Below, piece by piece: positions 22,377 to 33,602 of a DNA stretch of 40,832 nucleotides (within the stretch, counting starts at the first letter, position 1; every line of letters begins with the position of its first letter). A model generated the notes under the pieces. The model did no database searches, was not told the DNA's origin, and saw only the letters and a list, made by a program, of their open reading frames with translations. The DNA is from Chiloscyllium plagiosum (Eukaryota). The DNA lies in NCBI RefSeq assembly GCF_004010195.1, contig NC_057753.1, positions 14,825,230 through 14,866,061 on the forward strand, in the 5' to 3' direction. Made by a program: the position numbers and the translations under genes.

Positions 22377-23588
22377 CGCATCCCAATTTGTGCACAGTCT
22401 GATCCCCCAGTGTCACACCGCACCCAATTTGTGCACAGTCTGATCACCCAGTGACACACCGCACCCAATTTGTGCACAGTCAGATCCCCCAGTGTCACAC
22501 CGCACCCAATTTGTGCACAGTCTGATCCCCCAGTGACACACCGCACCCAATTTGTGCACAGTCAGATCCCCCAGTGTCACACAGCACCCAATTTGTGCAC
22601 AGTCTGATCCCCCAGTGACACAGTGCACCCAATTTGTGCACAGACAGATCCCCCAGTGACACACCGCACCCAATTTTTGCACAGTCAGATCCCCCAGTGA
22701 CACACCGCACCCAATTTGTGCACAGTCTGATCTCCCAGTGACACACCGCACCCAATTTGTGCATAGACAGATCCCCCAGTGACACACAGCACCCAATCTG
22801 TGCACAGACAGATCCCCCATTGTCACACAGCACCCAATTTGTGCACAGACAGATCCCCCAGTGACACACAGCACCCAATCTGTGCACAGACAGATCCCCC
22901 AGTGACACACAGCACCCAATTTGTGCACAGACAGATCCCCCAGTGTCACACCGCACCCAATTTGTGCACAGACAGATCCCCCATTGTCACACCGCACCCA
23001 ATTTGTGCACAGACAGATCCCCCAGTGTCACACCGCACCCAATTTGTGCACAGTCAGATCCCCCAGTGACACACCGCACCCAATTTGTGCACAGTCTCAT
23101 CCCCCAGTGACACACCGCACCCAATTTGTGCACAGTCTGATCCCCCAGTGTCACACCGCACTCAATTTGTGCACAGTCAGATCCCCCAGTGTCACACCGC
23201 ACCCAATTTGTGCACAGACAGATCCCCCAGTGTCACACCGCACCCAGTTTGTGCACAGTCTGATCCCCCAGTGTCACACCGCACCCAATTTGTGCACAGT
23301 CTGATCCCCCAGTGACACACCTTTCACCCAATTTGTGCACAGTCTCATCCCCCAGTGACACACCGCACCCAGTTTGTGCACAGTCAGATCCCCCAGTGTC
23401 AAACTGCACCCAATTTGTGCACAGTCTGATCCCCCAGTGACACAGTGCACCCAATTTGTGCACAGACAGATCCCCCAGTGTCACACCGCACCCAATTTGT
23501 GCACAGTCTGATCCCCCAGTGTCACACCGCACCCAATTTGTGCACAGTGTGATCCCCCAGTGTCACACCGCACCCAATTTGTGCACAC
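22377..23588. repeat. 41-bp minisatellite, about 29-30 copies, in PARP2 intron 1
   Basis: Unit CACCCAATTTGTGCACAGTCTGATCCCCCAGTGTCACACCG with a few recurrent variant positions. Confidence 0.97.
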
Positions 23589-23589
23589 A

Positions 23590-23726
23590 TCTGGCCCCAG
23601 TCCTTTCAGAAACGTGAAAGGGTTCAGAAAAGATTTACAAAGGATGTTGCCAGGCTTGGAAGGTTTGAGCTGCAGGGAGAGGCTGAATAGGCCGGGGTGT
23701 TTTCCCTGGAGCGTCGGAGGCTGCGG
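23590..23726 (+). mobile_element. Short internal CR1 fragment
   Basis: GAAAGGGTTCAGAAAAGATTTACAAAGGATGTTGCCAGG...CCCTGGAGCGTCGGAGGCTG matches the CR1 at 7700-7810. Confidence 0.75.
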
Positions 23727-24014
23727 AAACCATCCTCTGAGATTGCTGGGCGGGCCCGTCAGTCGAAAGAGTGAACGTGCCTGGGGTGCTGTCAAATGAA
23801 ATCAGGCACACACGGTCTCCGTAGTTCCCGAGTCTGGAAGGCTCTGCCTCCTCGGGGAAAATACTGAGTTTCTTTGGGATTTCGTTAAGCTTGCAGACCG
23901 GAGGCTGAGGACAGCGAGGGAGTGGGGCAGAGAGTCGTGGTGTCTTAGAAGTATTTTCTTTACATTGTACTTAGTGGTTCTGCATCTCTCAAGGCAGTCA
24001 GTTCCAGATTTTTT

Positions 24015-24348
24015 TTTATTATTCATTCAAGGGATGAGGACATCACGGGCCAGGCCCAGCATTTATTGCGCAGGGTCGGCCACAGTGCTCTGGGTCTGGA
24101 GTCACAGACTGTCGGCCAGACTGGGTAAGGAAGGCAATATGCTTCCCTAAAGGACACTCCTGAACCGGATGGGTTTTTGCAACAATCGACAATAGATTCG
24201 AGGTCATCGTTAGCCTCTTAGTTTCAGGATTTGCCGAGTGTTCAAATCCCACCATCTGCCGCGGTGGGCTTCCAACCTGGGTCCGCAGAATGTTGCCCGT
24301 GTCTCTGGATTAACAGTCCGGCGATCACACTGCTAGGCCACTGCCTTC
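24015..24348 (-). mobile_element. tRNA-derived SINE (second family) with LINE-like tail
   Basis: Minus strand: GGCAGTGGCCTAGCAG (A-box-like), GGACTGTTAATCC hairpin, CAGGTTGGAAGCCC (decayed B box), central AAAACCCATCCGGTTC...TCCTTTAGGGAAG, tail GCAATAAATGCTGG...TGAATGAAT. Confidence 0.7.
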
Positions 24349-24349
24349 A

Positions 24350-24733
24350 GAATCACCCCTCAACCAACAGCACGGAAACAGACCCTTCGGTCCAACCCGT
24401 CCACGCTGACCCTGATATCCCCAACCCAATCCAGTCCCATTTGCCAGCACTTGGCCCATGTCCCTCCAAACCCTTCCTGTTCATGTCCCCATCCAGATGC
24501 CTTTTCAATGCTGTCATTGTGCCAGCCGCCACCACTTCCTCTGGCAGCTCATTCCACACATGCACCACCCTCTGGGTGCCCCTTAGGTCCCTTTTATATC
24601 TTTCCCCTCTCAACATAAACCTATGCCCCTCTAGTTTTGGACTCCCCCACCCCAGGGAAAAGACCTTGTCTATTTACCCCTATCCATCTGATCACCCCTT
24701 AACCTCCAACGCTCCAGGGAAAACAGCTCCAGG
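24350..24733 (-). mobile_element. CR1 3' end
   Basis: Encodes RVVHVWNELPEEVVAAGT...KRHLD; the tail matches the other CR1 copies. Confidence 0.85.
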
Positions 24734-26185
24734 GTGTAAGTTTGCTCGCTGAGCTGTAGGTTTGATATCCAGGCGTTTCATTACCTGGCTAGGTAACATC
24801 ATCAGTGGCGACCTCCAAGTGAAGCGAAGAGGTTGTCTCCTGCTTTCTATTTATATCTTTCTCCTGGATGGGAGTCCTGGGGTTTGTGGTGGTGTCATTT
24901 CCTGTTCGTTTTCTGAGGGGTTGACAGATCTATGTGTTTGTTTATGGCGTTGTGGTTGGAGTGCCAGGCCTCTAGGAATTCTCTGGCATGTCTTTGCTTA
25001 GCCTGTCCCAGGATAGATGTGTTGTCCCAGTCGAAATGGTGGTTTCTTTCATCCGTGTGTAGGGCTACGAGGGAGAGAGGGTCGTGCCTTTTTGTGGCTA
25101 GCTGGTGTTAGTGTATCCTGGTGGCTAGCTTTCTTCCTGTTTGTCCTACATAGTGTTTGTGGCAAATCCTTGCATGGAATTTTGTAGACGACGTTGGTTT
25201 TGCCCATGGGTTGTACTGGGTCTTTTAGGTTTGTTAGTTTTTGTTTGAGAGTGTTGGTGGGTTTGTGTGCTACTAGGATTCTGAGGGGTCTCAGTAGTCT
25301 GGCTGTCTGTTCTGAGACTTCTTTGATGTATGGTAAGGTGGTTAGGGTTTCTGGCTGTGTTTGGTCTGCTTGTCGTGGTTTGTACTTGAGGAATCTGCGC
25401 ACTGTATTTTTTGAGTATCCGTTCTTCTTGAATACGTCGTATAGGTGGTTCTCCTCTGTTTTCCGAAGTTCGTCTGTGCTGCAGTGTGTGGTGGCTCGTT
25501 GGAATAGCGTTCTGATACAGCTTTGTTTGTGTGTGTTGGGATGGTTGCTGGTGTAGTTAAGTCTTTGGTCAGTGTTAGTCGGTTTTCTGTATACGCAGGT
25601 TTGTAGTTCTCCCTTGTCCTTTCTTTCGACTGTGACGTCCAGGAATGCGAGTTTGTTGTCGGTTTCTTCCTCCCTGGTGAACTCTATGCCTGTGAGGGTG
25701 TTGTCGATGATGTTAAATATCTCTTCTCTCTTGTTTCGTTTTGTGATGACAAAGGTGTCATCTACGTCGCGGACCCAGATGTTTGGTTTGATGGTTGGTA
25801 GGGCTGTTTGTTCTAGCCTTTGCATTACCGCTTCTGCTGTGAGTCCTGATAGCGGAGATCCCATGGGTGTGCCGTTGTTTTGTTTGTAGACTATGTTGTT
25901 GAAGGTGAAGTGGGTGGTGAGGCACAGGTCCACTGGCTTCATGATGTTTTCGTTGGTAATGTGATTGATGGTGGTTGGGGGGGGTGTGTGTGTGTGCGTG
26001 TGCGTGTGCGTGTGCGCGTGTGTTCCCTCCGCCGGGCCGACGTTGCAGGGGGTGAACGGTGCTGTTACGTCGCATGGGACCATCGCTCCGTCGTCCTCTA
26101 TCTTGGTGTGTTTGATGGTGTTTAGGAGGTCCTGGGTGGTGTGGATGGAGTGCTGCGACTCTTCTACTGGGTACCTCAGTCATGC
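24734..26185 (-). mobile_element. 5'-truncated Penelope-like element (RT + GIY-YIG endonuclease), defective
   Basis: ORF 25049..26083 contains YKQNNGTPMGSPLSG, WVRDVDDTFV (YVDD mutated), LAFLDV, VYRKPT and NVVYKIPCKD, then a frameshift into YVGQTGR. The terminal repeat carries a hammerhead motif at 24769-24808 (CUGAUGA...GAAACGCC, triplet mutated). Confidence 0.92.
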
Positions 26186-26224
26186 GCGTAGTCCTGCACT
26201 GTATCACACAACGATTCTGTGCCT

Positions 26225-27020
26225 CAGAGGGGCTTTTAAATATCACTTATTGCCCTCCTTGAGAAGGTGGGAGGGGGTGTGAGCTGCCATCTTCGCCACG
26301 TGCTGTGGGGTAGACCCACGATGTCCCTCAGGGAGGGGGGGCAATCCCAGGGTTCTGACCCCAGGAAGGAACGGCAGATAGATTCTGAGACGGGGAGTGG
26401 CTCGGAGTTGGGGAGAGGGGGAGGGGGAGTGGTGTTCCCCGTGTATCTGCTGCCCCCCCCCCCATCCCCCTTCTAGATGGTAGAGGGGTGTGGGGGGTTT
26501 TGGGAAGGTGCTGTCTGAGGAGCCCCTCGGTGAGGTTCTGCAGTGGGTCTTGTAGACGGTACACACTGCTGCGACTGAGCGTCGGTGGGTGGGGTGGAGG
26601 GAGGGAGTGGGGGGTTTGTGGGGCTGGGGCCAATCGAGCGGGGTGTGTGGGGGGGCTGCTTTGTCCCTGGGCGGTGTGGAGATTCTCGAGTGTTGTCGGA
26701 GCTGCCCCCCCCCCCTCCATCCAGAGGCAAGTGGGGAGTACTCCCTCAGCCTCCCTGACTTATGCCTTGTCGATGGTGGGACAGGGCTCGGGGAGCGGGG
26801 AGTCAGGAGGGGAGTGATCGCTGCAGGATTCCCAGCCTCTGACCCTGCTCTTGTAGCCGCTGGGTTTATACGGGGCTGGTCCACGTTCAGTTTCTGGTCA
26901 ACGGTAACCCCCAGGATGTTGGTAGTGGGGGAATTCAGTGGCGGTAACGCCATTGAACATCAGGAGGCGGTGATGGGATTGTCTCTTGTTGGAGATGGTA
27001 GTTGCCACTTGTCAGCGCAA
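26225..27020 (-). mobile_element. Old CR1/L2-group LINE, C-terminal RT region
   Basis: Fragments ILGVTVDQKLN, REYSPLA and HRRSVAAVCTVYKTHC are typical of the C-terminus of CR1/L2-group ORF2. Heavily frameshifted. Confidence 0.7.
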
Positions 27021-27099
27021 GCCTAGATATTGATAAGATTAACCTTGATAGTGTGTGTGCGTGAGAGTTGTGATGGTGGGACTGGTGTTCTCCCTGCAG

Positions 27100-27241
27100 G
27101 CCGCAAGAGAGGGATGGCGGACGATGAGGAAGAGGAGGGGGGTCTTGACGAGTTGGCTTGTCGCTGGGAGTGGGAAGGGGATGACGGATCCTGGAACGTT
27201 TACTCGACGGAACACGAGCAGGATCTCTCAGATGCTTTGCG
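27100..27241 (+). CDS. PARP2: PARP2 exon 2: acidic linker plus first half of a WWE domain
   Basis: Acceptor TTCTCCCTGCAG|G, donor CG|GTGAGT, phase 1 to 2. Encodes (G)RKRGMADDEEEEGGLDELACRWEWEGDDGSWNVYSTEHEQDLSDAL(R), carrying the WxW-x5-W-x2-Y-x2-E WWE signature. Confidence 0.85.
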
Positions 27242-27465
27242 GTGAGTCTCGGGGGCAGCGTTCGGCCAAGGGGCTCTCTGCTTCAAAACTCAAAATCCTT
27301 CCATCGCCTCTAACCCCACCGCTCCCTCTGATCGCCCACTTTCCCCTTTCACACCCACCACCCTTTCCCCATCTCTGTGATTTCCTCCAGTCCCACAACC
27401 TTCATATCTCTGCTTGCTTCTGTTCCCACACTCCCAAACACTCTTCATCCCCAGTTTGAATTGCT

Positions 27466-27740
27466 GTCTCTCTCGCGCTCTCTCTCTCACACACACACAC
27501 ACTCACTCACTCACTCACTCACTCACTCACTCAGTNNNNNNNNNNNNNNNNNNNNNNNNNNNNNNNNNNNNNNNNNNNNNNNNNNNNNNNNNCTCTCTCT
27601 CTCTCGCCCCTTCTGTCCTTTACTATGTCTTTCTGTCTCTCTCTCTCTCTCTCTTCGCCTGTCCACCTCTCTCTGTCCCTTTTTCTCTATCTCTCTCGGT
27701 CAGCCCCCTCTCTTTCTCTCCCTCTCCCTCTCTCTCTCTC
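27466..27740. repeat. Compound (CT)n/(CA)n/(CACT)n microsatellite with a 57-N gap
   Basis: Directly visible. Confidence 0.9.
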
Positions 27741-27829
27741 TTCCTCAGTTCCCCCCTGTCCCCGCTCAGACTTTCCAAGTGAATTACGTGGACACTGACA
27801 TTGCACCATATCTTTCTCCCTCCGCCCAG

Positions 27830-27966
27830 GTCAGGGAGTACCTCTGTTCAGCTGTCTCTTCCCACGAATGTCACCCTGCAAGTGGATTTGAAGAAAATGG
27901 TGCAGAGGAACAGCCAGACGGGCTTTGAGAGGAACGTGCGCTACGCCGTGGAAGAAAAGAAGGACT
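27830..27966 (+). CDS. PARP2: PARP2 exon 3: second half of the WWE domain
   Basis: Acceptor TCTTTCTCCCTCCGCCCAG|G, in frame with exon 2. Encodes SGSTSVQLSLPTNVTLQVDLKKMVQRNSQTGFERNVRYAVEEKKD, matching the WWE C-terminal pattern (I/V)D(F/L)xxMxQxNxxTGxxRxVR. The donor T|GTACGA is weaker, so the 3' boundary is less certain. Confidence 0.8.
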
Positions 27967-28127
27967 GTACGATCCTGTCCTGACAGTGTTCAATGGGCAG
28001 ACACTCCGGGGAACTTTAAATTCATCTTGTTGTTAAAGCGTAGAGACAGCTTTGCATTCAGTTCAAAACAGTACAGAGAGTTTTACTTTCCATTGGGAAA
28101 AACAGAGGGAGCTTTACCTTCTCTGTA

Positions 28128-31100
28128 AAAGGGTAGAGGGAGCTTTACTTTCAGATTAAAGGGTAGAGAGAGCTTCACTTTCAGATTAAAGAGTAGAGGG
28201 AGCTTTACTTTCAGATTAAAGGGTAGAGGAGGCTTTACTTTCAGATTAAAGGGTAAAGGGAGCTTCACTTTCAGATTAAAGGGTAGAGGGAGCTTTACTT
28301 TCAGACTAAAGGGTAGAGGGAGCTTTAGTTTTAGATTGAAAGGGTAGAGAGAGCTTTACTTTCAGATTAAAGGGTAGAGGGAGCTTTACTTTCAGATTAA
28401 AGGGTAAAGGGAGCATCACTTTCAGTCTAAAGGGTAAAGGGAGCTTTACTTTCAGATTAAAGGGTAGAGGAAGCTTCACTTTCAGATTAAAGGGTAGAGG
28501 GAGCTTTACTTTCAGATTAAAGGGCAGAGGGAGCTTTACTTTCAGATTGAAGGGTAGAGGAAGCTTCACTTTCAGATTAAAGGGTAGAGGGAGCTTTACT
28601 TTCAGATTAAAGAGTAAAGGGAGCTTTACTTTCAGATTAAAGGGTAGAGGGAGCTTTACTTTCAGATTAAAGGGTAGAGAGAGCTTTACTTTCAGATTAA
28701 AGGGTAGAGAGAGCTTTACTTTTAGATTAAAGGGTAGAGAGAGCTTTACTTTCAGATTAAAGGGTAGAGAGAGCTTTACTTTCAGATTAAAGGGTAGAGA
28801 GAGCTTTACTTTCAGATTAAAGGGTAGAGAGAGCTTTACTTTCAGATTAAAGGGTAGAGAGAGCTTTACTTTCAGATTAAAGGGTAGAGAGAGCTTTACT
28901 TTCAGATTAAAGGGTAGAGAGAGCTTTACTTTCAGATTAAAGGGTAGAGAGAGCTTTACTTTCAGATTAAAGGGTAGAGAGAGCTTTACTTTCAGATTAA
29001 AGGGTAGAGAGAGCTTTACTTTCAGATTAAAGGGTAGAGAGAGCTTTACTTTCAGATTAAAGGGTAGAGAGAGCTTTACTTTCAGATTAAAGGGTAGAGA
29101 GAGCTTTACTTTCAGATTAAAGGGTAGAGAGAGCTTTACTTTCAGATTAAAGGGTAGAGAGAGCTTTACTTTCAGATTAAAGGGTAGAGAGAGCTTTACT
29201 TTCAGATTAAAGGGTAGAGAGAGCTTTACTTTCAGATTAAAGGGTAGAGAGAGCTTTACTTTCAGATTAAAGGGTAGAGAGAGCTTTACTTTCAGATTAA
29301 AGGGTAGAGAGAGCTTTACTTTCAGATTAAAGGGTAGAGAGAGCTTTACTTTCAGATTAAAGGGTAGAGAGAGCTTTACTTTCAGATTAAAGGGTAGAGA
29401 GAGCTTTACTTTCAGATTAAAGGGTAGAGAGAGCTTTACTTTCAGATTAAAGGGTAGAGAGAGCTTTACTTTCAGATTAAAGGGTAGAGAGAGCTTTACT
29501 TTCAGATTAAAGGGTAGAGAGAGCTTTACTTTCAGATTAAAGGGTAGAGAGAGCTTTACTTTCAGATTAAAGGGTAGAGAGAGCTTTACTTTCAGATTAA
29601 AGGGTAGAGAGAGCTTTACTTTCAGATTAAAGGGTAGAGAGAGCTTTACTTTCAGATTAAAGGGTAGAGAGAGCTTTACTTTCAGATTAAAGGGTAGAGA
29701 GAGCTTTACTTTCAGATTAAAGGGTAGAGAGAGCTTTACTTTCAGATTAAAGGGTAGAGAGAGCTTTACTTTCAGATTAAAGGGTAGAGAGAGCTTTACT
29801 TTCAGATTAAAGGGTAGAGAGAGCTTTACTTTCAGATTAAAGGGTAGAGAGAGCTTTACTTTCAGATTAAAGGGTAGAGAGAGCTTTACTTTCAGATTAA
29901 AGGGTAGAGAGAGCTTTACTTTCAGATTAAAGGGTAGAGAGAGCTTTACTTTCAGATTAAAGGGTAGAGAGAGCTTTACTTTCAGATTAAAGGGTAGAGA
30001 GAGCTTTACTTTCAGATTAAAGGGTAGAGAGAGCTTTACTTTCAGATTAAAGGGTAGAGAGAGCTTTACTTTCAGATTAAAGGGTAGAGAGAGCTTTACT
30101 TTCAGATTAAAGGGTAGAGAGAGCTTTACTTTCAGATTAAAGGGTAGAGAGAGCTTTACTTTCAGATTAAAGGGTAGAGAGAGCTTTACTTTCAGATTAA
30201 AGGGTAGAGAGAGCTTTACTTTCAGATTAAAGGGTAGAGAGAGCTTTACTTTCAGATTAAAGGGTAGAGAGAGCTTTACTTTCAGATTAAAGGGTAGAGA
30301 GAGCTTTACTTTCAGATTAAAGGGTAGAGAGAGCTTTACTTTCAGATTAAAGGGTAGAGAGAGCTTTACTTTCAGATTAAAGGGTAGAGAGAGCTTTACT
30401 TTCAGATTAAAGGGTAGAGAGAGCTTTACTTTCAGATTAAAGGGTAGAGAGAGCTTTACTTTCAGATTAAAGGGTAGAGAGAGCTTTACTTTCAGATTAA
30501 AGGGTAGAGAGAGCTTTACTTTCAGATTAAAGGGTAGAGAGAGCTTTACTTTCAGATTAAAGGGTAGAGAGAGCTTTACTTTCAGATTAAAGGGTAGAGA
30601 GAGCTTTACTTTCAGATTAAAGGGTAGAGAGAGCTTTACTTTCAGATTAAAGGGTAGAGAGAGCTTTACTTTCAGATTAAAGGGTAGAGAGAGCTTTACT
30701 TTCAGATTAAAGGGTAGAGAGAGCTTTACTTTCAGATTAAAGGGTAGAGAGAGCTTTACTTTCAGATTAAAGGGTAGAGAGAGCTTTACTTTCAGATTAA
30801 AGGGTAGAGAGAGCTTTACTTTCAGATTAAAGGGTAGAGAGAGCTTTACTTTCAGATTAAAGGGTAGAGAGAGCTTTACTTTCAGATTAAAGGGTAGAGA
30901 GAGCTTTACTTTCAGATTAAAGGGTAGAGAGAGCTTTACTTTCAGATTAAAGGGTAGAGAGAGCTTTACTTTCAGATTAAAGGGTAGAGAGAGCTTTACT
31001 TTCAGATTAAAGGGTAGAGAGAGCTTTACTTTCAGATTAAAGGGTAGAGAGAGCTTTACTTTCAGATTAAAGGGTAGAGAGAGCTTTACTTTCAGATTAA

Positions 31101-33259
31101 AGGGTAGAGAGAGCTTTACTTTCAGATTAAAGGGTAGAGAGAGCTTTACTTTCAGATTAAAGGGTAGAGAGAGCTTTACTTTCAGATTAAAGGGTAGAGA
31201 GAGCTTTACTTTCAGATTAAAGGGTAGAGAGAGCTTTACTTTCAGATTAAAGGGTAGAGAGAGCTTTACTTTCAGATTAAAGGGTAGAGAGAGCTTTACT
31301 TTCAGATTAAAGGGTAGAGAGAGCTTTACTTTCAGATTAAAGGGTAGAGAGAGCTTTACTTTCAGATTAAAGGGTAGAGAGAGCTTTACTTTCAGATTAA
31401 AGGGTAGAGAGAGCTTTACTTTCAGATTAAAGGGTAGAGAGAGCTTTACTTTCAGATTAAAGGGTAGAGAGAGCTTTACTTTCAGATTAAAGGGTAGAGA
31501 GAGCTTTACTTTCAGATTAAAGGGTAGAGAGAGCTTTACTTTCAGATTAAAGGGTAGAGAGAGCTTTACTTTCAGATTAAAGGGTAGAGAGAGCTTTACT
31601 TTCAGATTAAAGGGTAGAGAGAGCTTTACTTTCAGATTAAAGGGTAGAGAGAGCTTTACTTTCAGATTAAAGGGTAGAGAGAGCTTTACTTTCAGATTAA
31701 AGGGTAGAGAGAGCTTTACTTTCAGATTAAAGGGTAGAGAGAGCTTTACTTTCAGATTAAAGGGTAGAGAGAGCTTTACTTTCAGATTAAAGGGTAGAGA
31801 GAGCTTTACTTTCAGATTAAAGGGTAGAGAGAGCTTTACTTTCAGATTAAAGGGTAGAGAGAGCTTTACTTTCAGATTAAAGGGTAGAGAGAGCTTTACT
31901 TTCAGATTAAAGGGTAGAGAGAGCTTTACTTTCAGATTAAAGGGTAGAGAGAGCTTTACTTTCAGATTAAAGGGTAGAGAGAGCTTTACTTTCAGATTAA
32001 AGGGTAGAGAGAGCTTTACTTTCAGATTAAAGGGTAGAGAGAGCTTTACTTTCAGATTAAAGGGTAGAGAGAGCTTTACTTTCAGATTAAAGGGTAGAGA
32101 GAGCTTTACTTTCAGATTAAAGGGTAGAGAGAGCTTTACTTTCAGATTAAAGGGTAGAGAGAGCTTTACTTTCAGATTAAAGGGTAGAGAGAGCTTTACT
32201 TTCAGATTAAAGGGTAGAGAGAGCTTTACTTTCAGATTAAAGGGTAGAGAGAGCTTTACTTTCAGATTAAAGGGTAGAGAGAGCTTTACTTTCAGATTAA
32301 AGGGTAGAGAGAGCTTTACTTTCAGATTAAAGGGTAGAGAGAGCTTTACTTTCAGATTAAAGGGTAGAGAGAGCTTTACTTTCAGATTAAAGGGTAGAGA
32401 GAGCTTTACTTTCAGATTAAAGGGTAGAGAGAGCTTTACTTTCAGATTAAAGGGTAGAGAGAGCTTTACTTTCAGATTAAAGGGTAGAGAGAGCTTTACT
32501 TTCAGATTAAAGGGTAGAGAGAGCTTTACTTTCAGATTAAAGGGTAGAGAGAGCTTTACTTTCAGATTAAAGGGTAGAGAGAGCTTTACTTTCAGATTAA
32601 AGGGTAGAGAGAGCTTTACTTTCAGATTAAAGGGTAGAGAGAGCTTTACTTTCAGATTAAAGGGTAGAGAGAGCTTTACTTTCAGATTAAAGGGTAGAGA
32701 GAGCTTTACTTTCAGATTAAAGGGTAGAGAGAGCTTTACTTTCAGATTAAAGGGTAGAGAGAGCTTTACTTTCAGATTAAAGGGTAGAGAGAGCTTTACT
32801 TTCAGATTAAAGGGTAGAGAGAGCTTTACTTTCAGATTAAAGGGTAGAGAGAGCTTTACTTTCAGATTAAAGGGTAGAGAGAGCTTTACTTTCAGATTAA
32901 AGGGTAGAGAGAGCTTTACTTTCAGATTAAAGGGTAGAGAGAGCTTTACTTTCAGATTAAAGGGTAGAGAGAGCTTTACTTTCAGATTAAAGGGTAGAGA
33001 GAGCTTTACTTTCAGATTAAAGGGTAGAGAGAGCTTTACTTTCAGATTAAAGGGTAGAGAGAGCTTTACTTTCAGATTAAAGGGTAGAGAGAGCTTTACT
33101 TTCAGATTAAAGGGTAGAGAGAGCTTTACTTTCAGATTAAAGGGTAGAGAGAGCTTTACTTTCAGATTAAAGGGTAGAGAGAGCTTTACTTTCAGATTAA
33201 AGGGTAGAGAGAGCTTTACTTTCAGATTAAAGGGTAGAGAGAGCTTTACTTTCAGATTA
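28128..33259. repeat. 30-bp tandem array, about 171 units
   Basis: Unit GAGCTTTACTTTCAGATTAAAGGGTAGAGA. Variant units run to about 28723; roughly 151 apparently identical copies follow. Confidence 0.98.
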
Positions 33260-33470
33260 CACTGCTACCTGTCCCTCTACCTATCTTTGTATCATCTGCA
33301 AACGTAGCCAGAATGCCCTCAGTCCCTTCATCGCGATCGTTAATGTATAAAGTGGAAGGTTGTGGTCCCAGCACTGAGCCTTGTGGGACACCACTTGTCA
33401 CCGGCTGCCATCCTGAGACGGACCCTTTTCTCCCCCACTCTCTCTGCTTCCTGCCAGACAGCCAGGCTTC
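33260..33470 (-). mobile_element. CR1 RT core fragment abutting the satellite
   Basis: Minus strand encodes [17 protein letters not shown]...YIND...[13 protein letters not shown] and ends exactly at the array boundary. Confidence 0.85.
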
Positions 33471-33602
33471 TGTGCTCTATTGTTTGGGGATGCAAGTGAA
33501 TACTCCGTATCAGCTGACCACATTCTCACAGGGGTGTCACTTCTGAAGATGGTTCGACCTGTTCAGGAACAAGGAAGCAATTTGGGATGGCTCCTTGCAG
33601 CC

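Noticed and set aside
22377..23588. CRISPR-like array, or Cys/His-rich ORFs in the 41-bp repeat
   Set aside because: Head-to-tail units without unique spacers, no cas genes, vertebrate context; the unit length is not a multiple of 3.
24250..24348. tRNA gene (GTT anticodon-like loop on the - strand)
   Set aside because: It is the decayed tRNA-derived head of a SINE: the B box is mutated, there is no acceptor stem, and a SINE body follows.
25049..26083. Active or domesticated reverse transcriptase gene
   Set aside because: 5'-truncated, YVDD changed to DVDD, motif 3 decayed, and frameshifted in the GIY-YIG domain.
28547..33307. 1586-aa ORF of (ESFTFRLKGR)n
   Set aside because: Produced by a stop-free 30-bp unit. 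It starts at TTG, is intronic, and has no unique domain or synonymous variation in the main array.
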